From Patescibacteria group bacterium (lineage in GTDB: Bacteria; Patescibacteriota; JABMPQ01; JAQVVF01): a DNA stretch of 64,000 bases. The stretch covers positions 2,143-66,142 of the forward strand of contig JAQVVF010000004.1 of the NCBI GenBank assembly GCA_028699085.1, written 5' to 3'. The number at the start of each line of letters is the position of its first letter. The stretch's first letter is position 1. The notes under the pieces were generated by a model that was not told where the DNA came from, did not search any database, and worked only from the letters and a program-made list of their open reading frames with translations. Positions 20,859-29,827 of this stretch are shown here, one piece after another. Made by a program: the position numbers and the translations under genes.

Positions 20859-21296
20859 ATGCAAAAAATCAAAGTTTTTTTTATAAACAACAAAGATAAA
20901 ATTTTTTTGACTATTTGTGCAATACTAATTGCAACATGTAGCTTTGCTGCTGGTAAAATTTCTGTTGATAAAAAAACACCTCCGATTGAAATTAAAGAAA
21001 ATACATCAAAACAGCAAACAATAGAACCAGAAAATAAACAAATCCAACAAAACATAAATATTGCAGATACAACGCAACAACAGCCAAAACAAATACAAAA
21101 TAAACCTGAAAAATTAAAAGAAACAACAAAAAATACAAAAGATAATTGCGAATATGTTGCAAGCTCCAAAGGGCATAAGTATTATGAAGCAGACTCTTCA
21201 TCAGCAAAAAGTTTAAGTGAAAAAAACAAGATTTGCTTTCCAAACGAAAAGGAAGCTATGAAAGCAGGCTATGAACCAAGTGCCAGCATAAAATAA
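20859..21296 (+). CDS. Membrane-anchored protein with C-terminal Ada-metal-binding-like domain
   Basis: TM, Q-rich linker, then YVASSKGHKYY...A..L...N.I.F....EA.KAGY. Confidence 0.65.
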   Translation: MQKIKVFFINNKDKIFLTICAILIATCSFAAGKISVDKKTPPIEIKENTSKQQTIEPENKQIQQNINIADTTQQQPKQIQNKPEKLKETTKNTKDNCEYVASSKGHKYYEADSSSAKSLSEKNKICFPNEKEAMKAGYEPSASIK

Positions 21297-21367
21297 TAAC
21301 TTTACAAATCAAGCAAATTTATGCTATATTAGTCATATACAAAATTTTAATCTAAATTTTAAGATAC

Positions 21368-22534
21368 ATGATTTATTTAGACCATGCTGCAACAACGCCC
21401 TTAGATTCAGATGTTCTAAAAGCAATGCAGCCATATTTTAATAAACTTTTTGCCAATTCCGGCTCGATACATTCAGCCGGACAAGAAGCATTAGCAGGAA
21501 TAGACAAGGCTCGACAACAAGTAGCGCATTTTTTGAATTGTGAAACAAACGAGGTTATCTTTACTTCTGGAGCAACAGAAAGCAACAACCTAGCTTTAAC
21601 CGGAATCGTTGATGCATCAGACATCAAAAAACCACATATCATTACATCAAATATTGAACATCCAGCAATACTTGAAGTTGTTAAAAATCTCAAAAATAGG
21701 GGAGTTGAGGTAACAATTTTGCCAGTTGAACATGACGGAATTGTGAACACAAATGTTGTTCAAAAAGAAATTAAAGATAATACTATCTTAATTTCAATTA
21801 TGTATGCCAACAATGAAATTGGAACAGTTCAACCAATCAAAGAAATAGGCGAATTAATAAAAAAAATTAACGAGAAAAGAAAGAATAAAATCTACTTTCA
21901 TACTGATGCAACACAAGCAGCAGGATACTTAAATTGCGATACAAAAAGCTTAAAAACAGATCTTTTATCCTTATCAGGACACAAAATCTATGGACCAAAA
22001 GGCATAGGCGTCTTATTTGTAAAAAAGGGTACAAAGATAAAACCATTTCAATATGGCGGTCATCAAGAATTTAATCTAAGAGCAGGGACACTAAATACTC
22101 CTGGCATTGTAGGAATAGGCGAGGCATTATCGATAGTAAAAAAGAATAGGGACGTGAACAACAAAAGAGTTCAGCATCTTAGAGATAAATTAATTGAAAA
22201 AACACTAAAAGAGATTGAAGGATCACATCTAAATGGATCAAAAACAAAGCGTTTACCAAATAACGCAAACATTAGTTTTGATAAAATTGAAGGTGAAAGC
22301 ATTATGTTAAATCTAGATTTTGAAGGCATCGAAGTATCAACAGGATCAGCTTGTGCTTCTGGCTCATTGAGTCCTTCTTATGTTCTATTAGCTTTAGGTT
22401 TATCTCATTTACAGGCACATGGCAGTATTCGTTTTAGCTTTGGCAAAGAAAACACAATAGAAGACGTCAATAAAACAGTAGAAGCTCTTAAAAAAATCAT
22501 TAAAAGATTAAGACTAATCTCTCCAATCAAATAG
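21368..22534 (+). CDS. iscS: Cysteine desulfurase (IscS/NifS)
   Basis: YLDHAATTP, FTSGATESNN, SGHKIYGPKG, STGSAC. Confidence 0.95.
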   Translation: MIYLDHAATTPLDSDVLKAMQPYFNKLFANSGSIHSAGQEALAGIDKARQQVAHFLNCETNEVIFTSGATESNNLALTGIVDASDIKKPHIITSNIEHPAILEVVKNLKNRGVEVTILPVEHDGIVNTNVVQKEIKDNTILISIMYANNEIGTVQPIKEIGELIKKINEKRKNKIYFHTDATQAAGYLNCDTKSLKTDLLSLSGHKIYGPKGIGVLFVKKGTKIKPFQYGGHQEFNLRAGTLNTPGIVGIGEALSIVKKNRDVNNKRVQHLRDKLIEKTLKEIEGSHLNGSKTKRLPNNANISFDKIEGESIMLNLDFEGIEVSTGSACASGSLSPSYVLLALGLSHLQAHGSIRFSFGKENTIEDVNKTVEALKKIIKRLRLISPIK

Positions 22535-22575
22535 ACAATTTAAAACTTTTATCTTTACATTTTAATTTTAAAAAT

Positions 22576-22947
22576 ATGCAATATTCAAATAAAGTAATAG
22601 GTCATTTTAAAAATCCTCACAATATGGGTGCAATAGAAAATCCAGATGGCCTTGGTCAGGTAGGTAACCCAGTCTGTGGGGATATGATGAAGCTTTACAT
22701 AAAAGTAAAAGATAATAAAATAGAAAATATAAAGTTCCAAACTTTGGGTTGTGCTGCAGCAATAGCTACATCCTCAATGATTACCGATCTTGCAAAAGGA
22801 AAAACATTAGAACAAGCAGAAAAAATATCAAGAAGTGACGTTTCAGATGCATTAGGAAAATTGCCCCCAATAAAAGAGCATTGTTCAAATCTAGCTGCAG
22901 ATGCCTTACACAGAGCTATTCAAGATTATAAAAAAAGAAACAAATAA
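22576..22947 (+). CDS. iscU: Fe-S cluster scaffold (IscU/NifU N-terminal type)
   Basis: HFKNPHN.G, GNPVCGD, GCAAAIA, LPP.K.HCS. Confidence 0.93.
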   Translation: MQYSNKVIGHFKNPHNMGAIENPDGLGQVGNPVCGDMMKLYIKVKDNKIENIKFQTLGCAAAIATSSMITDLAKGKTLEQAEKISRSDVSDALGKLPPIKEHCSNLAADALHRAIQDYKKRNK

Positions 22948-22976
22948 TTCCTATATATTAGCTATCAGTTGTCAGA

Positions 22977-24437
22977 ATGTTAAAAACAAACAAAAAAAAC
23001 ATATTTTCAAGAATATTTTATTTTAAAATCAATAAAAGCGCTTTTTGCATTCTTACTTTGTTTTTTTTAATTGCTTTAGGATTTATCTTTGCTATAGCTT
23101 ATCAAGACCTCTATCAAATTTATGAAGTTTATACAATTAGAAATAATAATAGTACTGAACTTGTTCAACCAAACGAAAAAATTAAAATAAAATATAATAT
23201 TCCAATTTCCGAAAAAAAAGCCCAATCTTCATTTTCTATTTATCCTCAAATCAAAGGAAAAATCACCTGGGAAAGAAACTACCTTTTTGGCTACTCAAAA
23301 GTTTTAGTTTTTGCACCAGAAAAATATTTTGATGAAAACCAAAATTATTCCATCAAAATAGGGGATGTTGAAAGCATCTTTGGCACTAAAATTGGAAATC
23401 GTATCTATACTTTTTCTACAGTCAAGCCATTTAAAATCGTTGATACTTATCCAAAGAATGATCAAAAAGACATCAATGTTAATCCAGAAATAAAAGTCAC
23501 AGTTGATGGAATTGGCGATGCATTTGATTTTAATTTTAAACTTGAACCCTCAACAGAGCTCAAGGTTAAAGACAAGATTGAAGAAAATGGTCAAACAACT
23601 TATATTATTGATCCAGTTACTCAACTAGGACAGGGGATTGATTACACTTTTACAGTAAAACAAACCTATACACCAAACAAGAAAGCAGTAGACACAAAAA
23701 CCTTTCATTTTACGACACTATCACCAGTAGAAATTTCAAAAGTATTGCCAGAAGATAATGACCAAAATGTCCATGTCAAAAGAAAAGTATCTCTAGCTTT
23801 CAATAAGCCTGTCGATCATCAACAAGTAGAGAATAATTTTTCTTTGATGCCAGAAACAAAAGGGAATATTGGGTGGAAGGAAAACACCATGACCTTTACT
23901 CCAGAAGATAAATTTGCCAAAAATACCGAATATAAGATAAAAGTAATAGGCAATATCAAAAGCACACAAGATGAATCTTTCTTAGAAGGCGATAAAGAAT
24001 ACACATTCAAGACTAGAGATACTGATCAATATCCGCCGCAGCCAACTTGGGAACCAAAATATAAAGAAGGTAAATACATTCATGTTAATTTAGGTACTCA
24101 AACCCTTTATGCTTACGATAATGGGGAATTGATTGATTCATTTTTAATCTCTTCCGGCGTCTCAGCTTTCCCAACTCCAACAGGTGATTTCAAGGTTACT
24201 AGCAAAGTTCGATCAGCCAGAATGTCCCATACCTACGGTCCTGGCAATCCTAATAATTATGATCTACCTGGTGTCCCTTTTGTTTTAGCCTTTAATGGAC
24301 CTTATACAATTCATGGAACATATTGGCATAGTAATTTCGGCACACCAATGAGTCATGGCTGTGTGAACATGTATACGCCTGATGCAGAATGGGTCTATAA
24401 TTGGGCGCCAATTGATACGCCAGTTGTAATAGAATAG
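22977..24437 (+). CDS. L,D-transpeptidase (YkuD) with Ig-like (Big_5) domains and TM anchor
   Basis: IHGTYWH..FG.PMSHGCVNM; PTPTG.F; about three Ig-like repeats. Confidence 0.9.
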   Translation: MLKTNKKNIFSRIFYFKINKSAFCILTLFFLIALGFIFAIAYQDLYQIYEVYTIRNNNSTELVQPNEKIKIKYNIPISEKKAQSSFSIYPQIKGKITWERNYLFGYSKVLVFAPEKYFDENQNYSIKIGDVESIFGTKIGNRIYTFSTVKPFKIVDTYPKNDQKDINVNPEIKVTVDGIGDAFDFNFKLEPSTELKVKDKIEENGQTTYIIDPVTQLGQGIDYTFTVKQTYTPNKKAVDTKTFHFTTLSPVEISKVLPEDNDQNVHVKRKVSLAFNKPVDHQQVENNFSLMPETKGNIGWKENTMTFTPEDKFAKNTEYKIKVIGNIKSTQDESFLEGDKEYTFKTRDTDQYPPQPTWEPKYKEGKYIHVNLGTQTLYAYDNGELIDSFLISSGVSAFPTPTGDFKVTSKVRSARMSHTYGPGNPNNYDLPGVPFVLAFNGPYTIHGTYWHSNFGTPMSHGCVNMYTPDAEWVYNWAPIDTPVVIE

Positions 24438-24455
24438 AGAATCATAAAAAATTTT

Positions 24456-24484
24456 AAAACGCTAGAAACAATCTAGCGTTTTTT
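24456..24484. terminator. Bidirectional intrinsic terminator
   Basis: AAAACGCTAGA-aacaa-TCTAGCGTTTT. Confidence 0.8.
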
Positions 24485-24515
24485 GATCATAAAAAAAGGA
24501 CCTAAAATAGATCCC

Positions 24516-24770
24516 TTACTCCTTTCTTGACCAAAGACCAATCACAACGATCTTGTGAAAAACACCATCTTTATCCATATAGCCAGGAACGTTACCATCA
24601 GCCCTAAGTTTATCAATCTCATCAAGTAATTCCAAAGCAATTTCAACCAAACTACTGATTGTATTACGATTAACACGAAGCATCAGCCTCTTTATCCAAG
24701 CATGCGCATCAACAGTGAAATCGATTGTTGTACGTATTTTTTTCTGCACTGGTTTTTTCATTCGAGACAT
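24516..24770 (-). CDS. Putative ribbon-helix-helix (CopG-like) DNA-binding protein
   Basis: Beta-strand RTTIDF followed by two helices (HAWIKRLMLR; ISSLVEIALELLD); SD AGGAGG. Confidence 0.55.
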   Translation of the reverse strand: MSRMKKPVQKKIRTTIDFTVDAHAWIKRLMLRVNRNTISSLVEIALELLDEIDKLRADGNVPGYMDKDGVFHKIVVIGLWSRKE

Positions 24771-24783
24771 ATCTTTCCTCCTT

Positions 24784-25021
24784 TCAAGGAATGATTATCA
24801 TCAGCTCCTTAAAACTCCCATTGTCATCGCAGTAACCTAATGGCTTACCAGATAATTTTGCTTTATCAAGTGCATCAAATACGGCTAGAGCAACCTGTAT
24901 TGTTTCTGTTAAAGAACTATAACCTCTACGCCTCTGCAAACCAAGCAATAATTCCATATTAGAAATCGGTAATGCCAAATTTAATCTCGTAGTCTCAAAA
25001 GTTTTTTTCAGGCCTCGGCAT
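24784..25021 (-). CDS. Putative ribbon-helix-helix protein, paralog of 24516-24770; the start region is out of frame
   Basis: TRLNLAL strand plus helices, C-terminus G.PLGY.DD.G.F aligns with the neighbour; the SD-linked ATG at 25021 is out of frame with the body (A7 tract, TTT TGA). Confidence 0.5.
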
Positions 25022-25054
25022 CTTCTTCCTCCTTGTACAGGTAAACAGCTAATT

Positions 25055-25083
25055 AGTATAATAAAATATTGACAAGGCGTCAA
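25055..25083 (-). promoter_or_regulatory. Sigma70-type promoter of the RHH pair, overlapped by an inverted repeat
   Basis: Minus strand TTGACG-17 bp-TATACT; TTGAC-N5-GTCAA palindrome at 25069-25083. Confidence 0.7.
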
Positions 25084-25281
25084 GAGAGGACAGGGAAGCA
25101 GTATTTAATTAATTATTTATACTAATTAATTAAGAGAATATAGAATAGTTTGTTAAACCTAAGACAGGATATACCTAAGAGTTACCGAATTATTTATGAA
25201 ATTAATTAAATAAATAGCATAAAAGATTAAATAAAATTTGTTTAAAGTTTGTCATTTTAGAAGAAAGCGCAGAGAGACATC

Positions 25282-25309
25282 ACGTCGCACAATATATCTT
25301 TTACGACGT
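25282..25309. other. 28-bp dif-like/tyrosine-recombinase-type site (11-6-11)
   Basis: ACGTCGCACAA-TATATC-TTTTACGACGT; the arms form an imperfect inverted repeat. Confidence 0.45.
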
Positions 25310-25372
25310 CTTTACTATAGAGACGACTCCCCTGGACATATTTTATTTTTTTAATTAATTATTATTATATCG

Positions 25373-25396
25373 TATTTAATAATTAATTATTAAATA
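25373..25396. repeat. Perfect 24-bp AT-only palindrome
   Basis: TATTTAATAATT|AATTATTAAATA. Confidence 0.9.
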
Positions 25397-25591
25397 ATCT
25401 AAACTAACAAACAACCACACTACATTCTTATCACCTGCCTACTCATTTAATTATTTCTATTAATTAAATAAAATAATTAAATCTAACCCTCTGGCTAGAT
25501 CTATACAAACTAAAAATCTCTCCCACCCGTTATTTCCAAAAAAAGAGAGTAGTGTTATAAATAGTTTTTTAATAATTCTTAAATTTTTAAC

Positions 25592-25619
25592 AAAAAACCA
25601 GGTAAATTAATACCTGGTT
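25592..25619 (-). terminator. Intrinsic terminator of the M23 gene
   Basis: Minus strand AACCAGGTA-ttaatt-TACCTGGTT-TTTT. Confidence 0.8.
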
Positions 25620-25663
25620 AGATATATAAAACGCTAGAATCGCCAAATTTTAACAAATTCCTT

Positions 25664-25690
25664 GCCCGCCGAAGCTTTAGCGAAAACGGA
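25664..25690. repeat. REP-like short GC-rich palindromic element
   Basis: GCCCGCCGAAGCTTTAGCGAAAACGGA, just after a stop codon; resembles the CCGCCGAAGCTTTAGCG..GGCGG elements I recall from CPR genomes. Confidence 0.5.
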
Positions 25691-25694
25691 TTGA

Positions 25695-26891
25695 TTATTT
25701 CAAATATTTCATCGGATCAACTGGATTACCATTAATACGAACTTCAAAATGCAAATGTGGACCAGTTGTCATCCAACCCGCACCACGTGTTCCAGGCATA
25801 CCACCAGAAAGACCAATAACATCACCACGTTTTACATTAGATCCTTCAGCGACATAACATGCAGAAGCATGCCCAAAGACAGTCGAGAGTCCATTGCCAT
25901 GATAGAGAAGAATATAGCTATACCCTAGCCCAGCATCACTGTATTTTGCGACATATCCATCAGCAGGTGCATGCATCGGAGTGCCTTGTGGCGCAGGAAT
26001 ATCAATTGCATAATGCTGAATTCCCCAAAAAGAATAATAGCTAGAATCCATAAAATAAGCACTAATTCCTTGCACTGGATTTATCGGCCAACCTAGTTCA
26101 GCTCCACCAACATCTTGCCAGTTATCTTGAGTCGGATTATCTTGTTGCTGATTTCTAATTTGCTGTTCAATAGCATATATTTCATTATTTGCAGCATCTT
26201 GTTCCTCTTTCGCTTTCACCAATAACGCCTGAAACTCTTCTTCTTTATCTTCTGTTTGAGCCAACAGATTTTCTTTTCCCTCTTTTCTTCCACTTAATTC
26301 TTCTTTTTCAAAACTTAATTGATCATCCAGATTAGCTAAATCTTTGGCTTTAGAATCTAAATCCTTTTTATTGCTTTCCATTTCAACTTTAATTTTTTGA
26401 ACCTGATCTAATGTTTTCTGACCCTTATTTTCTAATGTTTCTAAATTATCTAACTGATCCAAAAATTGCGAAAAAGAATTATAGCCGAACAAAATCTCAA
26501 TTGGACTGACTTGATCATACTCATAAATCAATCTGATATACTCGCCTAATACTAATTTCTGTTTTGCAATTTCTTTCTTTTTCAAATCTATTTCAGATCT
26601 TAATTTCTCGATCTCTAAATTAGTTCTTTGAATTTCTGCCTGTGTCTTTTGTATTTGTGCCTTTGTCTTATCAATTTCCGTATCAATAATTGTAATTTGA
26701 TTTTTCAATGTAACTTGTTCGCTTTGTTTTTGATTTATTTCCTGCTCCAACTGTTGAATTTTATCTTCAATCTGCTGGATATCATTCTTTTTGGAATCTA
26801 GCTGAGAATTCAAATCAGCAGCAAAAACTTTGTAGCCAAAAGAAAATACTAATATTATCGCTAATGATAATGAAAATATTTTTTTAAACAT
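25695..26891 (-). CDS. M23 peptidase with N-terminal coiled coil (EnvC/CwlO-like)
   Basis: Signal peptide, long coiled coil, HYAID, TGPHLHFEVR. Confidence 0.92.
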   Translation of the reverse strand: MFKKIFSLSLAIILVFSFGYKVFAADLNSQLDSKKNDIQQIEDKIQQLEQEINQKQSEQVTLKNQITIIDTEIDKTKAQIQKTQAEIQRTNLEIEKLRSEIDLKKKEIAKQKLVLGEYIRLIYEYDQVSPIEILFGYNSFSQFLDQLDNLETLENKGQKTLDQVQKIKVEMESNKKDLDSKAKDLANLDDQLSFEKEELSGRKEGKENLLAQTEDKEEEFQALLVKAKEEQDAANNEIYAIEQQIRNQQQDNPTQDNWQDVGGAELGWPINPVQGISAYFMDSSYYSFWGIQHYAIDIPAPQGTPMHAPADGYVAKYSDAGLGYSYILLYHGNGLSTVFGHASACYVAEGSNVKRGDVIGLSGGMPGTRGAGWMTTGPHLHFEVRINGNPVDPMKYLK

Positions 26892-26915
26892 AGTTTTATT
26901 TTATTTTAAAATCTA

Positions 26916-28397
26916 TTATTTTAACAAATTTAAAGCCTGATCAAGACGTTTTAGAACTTCGTTTTTTCCTAGAACAAAAGCTACTTCAAAAGGCGATGGA
27001 GACTTCTTTTCTCCTGTCAAACAAGCTCTTAATGGCCATAGTAGCTCTCCCCTCTTGTCTTTTGCAATTTTAAGCAAAATCTTTTCAATACTATCTTTTG
27101 TCCAATCTTGTTCAGAAATATTACTTAATGCATCTTTAGACATGTTTAAAGACGTCTTTAATTCATCATAAGTCATTTTCTTCCACAACAATAATTCTTT
27201 TTCATAATTTATTTCCATAAAAAAGAATTTATTATTTTCACCAACTTCTGACAAATTATTTAATCTTTCTTTCTCAATTCCTAATACTTTTTTTAAATAT
27301 TCTTCAGTTTTTTGTTCAGTTTTCGCATTTTTATAAAAATCTTTTTGTTCAAAATAAGGCAAAGCTAATTTGTATAATTTGTCAGCAGACAAATTCTTAA
27401 TGTAATGGCTATTTATCCAATCTAGTTTTTTTAAATCAAATATTGCACCTGATTTATGAACCTTTTTTAAATCAAATTTCTCAACCAGTTGATCTAAATT
27501 AAAAAACTCTTCTTCACTCCCCTGCCCTGGATTCCAACCTAAAAAAGCTACAAAATTAATAATTGCATCTCTTAAATAACCCTTTTTAATATAATCTTCT
27601 ACTGAAACATCGCCTTGTCTTTTTGATAATTTTGTTCGATCAGGATTCAAAAGCAATGGCAAATGCGCAAAAAAAGGAACTTGCCAATCAAAATTATTAT
27701 ACAACTGAATATATTTGGGAGTACTAGAAATATACTCCTCGCCACGAATTACATGAGTAATCTCCATTAAATGATCATCAATAACATTTGCAAAATTATA
27801 AGTCGGATATCCATCAGATTTTAATAGAATCTGATCATCAAGCATATCATTTTTAATACTTATTTTACCTCTAATAAGGTCATTATATTCCGTAAAACCT
27901 GCGATTTCTATTTTTTGTCTAATTACAAATTTTTCATGATTTACTATTTTTTTATCTATTTCTTCTTTGGATAAATTTAAACATCTGCGATCATACATTG
28001 GTGCTCTGCCACTTTCAATTTGTTGTTTTCTCATCTCTTCTAATCTTTCTTCAGTACAAAAACAATAATATGCTTTTTCTTTTTTTACTAATTCCAAAGC
28101 ATGCTTTTTATAAATATCTAAACGTTCAGATTGAATATATGGACCAAAATCTCCTTTTTGAATTATATCGTTATTTTCAATAAAGACACCTTCGTCATAA
28201 TTTAAACCCGCCCAATTCAAAGTTATTATTAAATTATTTAAAGCACCCTCAACATATCTCTTTTTATCAGTGTCTTCAATTCTCAATACAAACTTTCCCT
28301 TATTTTGCTTAGCAAAAATATAGGCATACAATGCCGATCTAAAATTGCCAATATGCATATATCCAGTTGGTGATGGCGCAAATCTAGTTCTGACCAT
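26916..28397 (-). CDS. gltX: Glutamate--tRNA ligase
   Basis: RFAPSPTGYMHIGN, RIEDTD, KLSKR. Confidence 0.97.
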   Translation of the reverse strand: MVRTRFAPSPTGYMHIGNFRSALYAYIFAKQNKGKFVLRIEDTDKKRYVEGALNNLIITLNWAGLNYDEGVFIENNDIIQKGDFGPYIQSERLDIYKKHALELVKKEKAYYCFCTEERLEEMRKQQIESGRAPMYDRRCLNLSKEEIDKKIVNHEKFVIRQKIEIAGFTEYNDLIRGKISIKNDMLDDQILLKSDGYPTYNFANVIDDHLMEITHVIRGEEYISSTPKYIQLYNNFDWQVPFFAHLPLLLNPDRTKLSKRQGDVSVEDYIKKGYLRDAIINFVAFLGWNPGQGSEEEFFNLDQLVEKFDLKKVHKSGAIFDLKKLDWINSHYIKNLSADKLYKLALPYFEQKDFYKNAKTEQKTEEYLKKVLGIEKERLNNLSEVGENNKFFFMEINYEKELLLWKKMTYDELKTSLNMSKDALSNISEQDWTKDSIEKILLKIAKDKRGELLWPLRACLTGEKKSPSPFEVAFVLGKNEVLKRLDQALNLLK

Positions 28398-29232
28398 AAT
28401 TATTCATTTTATATTTATAAACCTGTCTAACAAATCTAAATGTTGCAGTGATTATTCTGCCAATTCTTTGCGGTTGCAAAATTACCCGCCACAACCATTC
28501 TAAACCAATTTTCTGAAAAAATCTAGGGGCTCTTTTCGCTTTTCCTGCAATAAAATCAAATGATCCGCCGACACCCATTGCTAATTTTATCATTGATAAA
28601 TTTGGCAAGTTTCTAACAATCCATTTTTCCTGCTTAACTTGTCCAAAAGCTACAAATACAACATCTGCCTGAGACTTATTTATTAATTCCTGGATAACAT
28701 AATCATCGGCTTCTTGGTATAATCCTTCATAGACTCCGGCGATCTCTAAATTAGGGTAAACAGCTTTCATTTCTTTTGCTGTCTTCTCCCCTACTTTATC
28801 GTAACCACCCAAAAAAAAGATAGAACAATTATTTTGTTCAGACAATTTTGCGATATTCCACATTAAATCAACACCACTTATTCTCTCCGATAAAACAGTT
28901 CTACAAAATTTAGGATAAAAAATTAAACTAAGTCCACCTATAATTATTCTAAAATTTTCATTTATCCTAAGTAAAAATCTATTTTTCAAGTTCGATTTCC
29001 AACTCAGATATTTTGCTGCCCAAAGCATTCCGATACCATCAGGTATAGCTATACTAGAATTATTTAGTATCTGCTTAAAATCATCATCTTTTAAAGCTGC
29101 CATTACAAATTCAGGATTAACAGTTGAAATATATTTTTTATTATTCTCAAACAAAAATTTTTCAATCTGATGCTGAACTTGATTGATGGTTAGCTTGCTA
29201 ATTTTAACTCCTAAAATATCTACTTTTTCCAT
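28384..29232 (-). CDS. WecB/TagA/CpsF family glycosyltransferase
   Basis: TVNPE, PDGIG, KQEKW, GVGGSFD, RAP...GLEWLWR. Confidence 0.92.
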   Translation of the reverse strand: MEKVDILGVKISKLTINQVQHQIEKFLFENNKKYISTVNPEFVMAALKDDDFKQILNNSSIAIPDGIGMLWAAKYLSWKSNLKNRFLLRINENFRIIIGGLSLIFYPKFCRTVLSERISGVDLMWNIAKLSEQNNCSIFFLGGYDKVGEKTAKEMKAVYPNLEIAGVYEGLYQEADDYVIQELINKSQADVVFVAFGQVKQEKWIVRNLPNLSMIKLAMGVGGSFDFIAGKAKRAPRFFQKIGLEWLWRVILQPQRIGRIITATFRFVRQVYKYKMNNYGQN

Positions 29233-29771
29233 AACTTATATTTTTCTAAAACTTTATACTCTGATCCTGTTCTCTTCAAAATACTTTGCATTAGATTAAT
29301 TTCAGTAATTATCCAAAATCCAGAAACTTTTCTTTTTTTAATTAAATTAATTTGGCTATTGCTAATTTTATTTATCCTTCCAAAAGTCAAATGCGCTTTG
29401 TATTTTCTTTTTTCTGGCTTAAAAAAAATATACTTACTTAATTCTTCGCCAATCATTTTTTGTAGATCTTCAATCTTATTATTGCTATCGATATTAAATA
29501 CAACTACTCGAGGATTTTTTTCATTCGGAAAAAAATCACAATCAGATAATTCGGCTCGAAAACATTCAAATCTTATTTTCAACAAAACATCTTTAAGTTT
29601 TTCGATTTCTTCATTACCTAAATAACCTAGAAAATACAAAGTTATGTGTAACTTTTTTCTTAGTTCCCATTTAACGCCTTTAAAATCAACAAAATGTTTT
29701 TGCGCTTTAGCTATCTTATCCTTTATGCTTTCAGAAACATTCAGAGAAATAAAAATACGTTTCTTTTTCAT
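29220..29771 (-). CDS. thpR: RNA 2',3'-cyclic phosphodiesterase (2H family)
   Basis: RIFIS, HITL.FLG and HLTFGR 2H motifs. Confidence 0.88.
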   Translation of the reverse strand: MKKKRIFISLNVSESIKDKIAKAQKHFVDFKGVKWELRKKLHITLYFLGYLGNEEIEKLKDVLLKIRFECFRAELSDCDFFPNEKNPRVVVFNIDSNNKIEDLQKMIGEELSKYIFFKPEKRKYKAHLTFGRINKISNSQINLIKKRKVSGFWIITEINLMQSILKRTGSEYKVLEKYKLWKK

Positions 29772-29827
29772 AATATAAGTATACCAAATATTTGAAGATT
29801 TACAAAAAAATGCTAAGATTAAAGCAA

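Noticed and set aside
25022-25083. N-terminal extension MTPCQYF... of the 99-aa track ORF
   Set aside because: It starts at the TTG of the -35 box and spans the promoter and SD, so it is unlikely to be translated
25084-25590. CRISPR array or oriC in the repeat-rich gap
   Set aside because: The repeats are irregular AT-only blocks with unequal spacing; there are no cas genes, and I saw no DnaA-box cluster or dnaA
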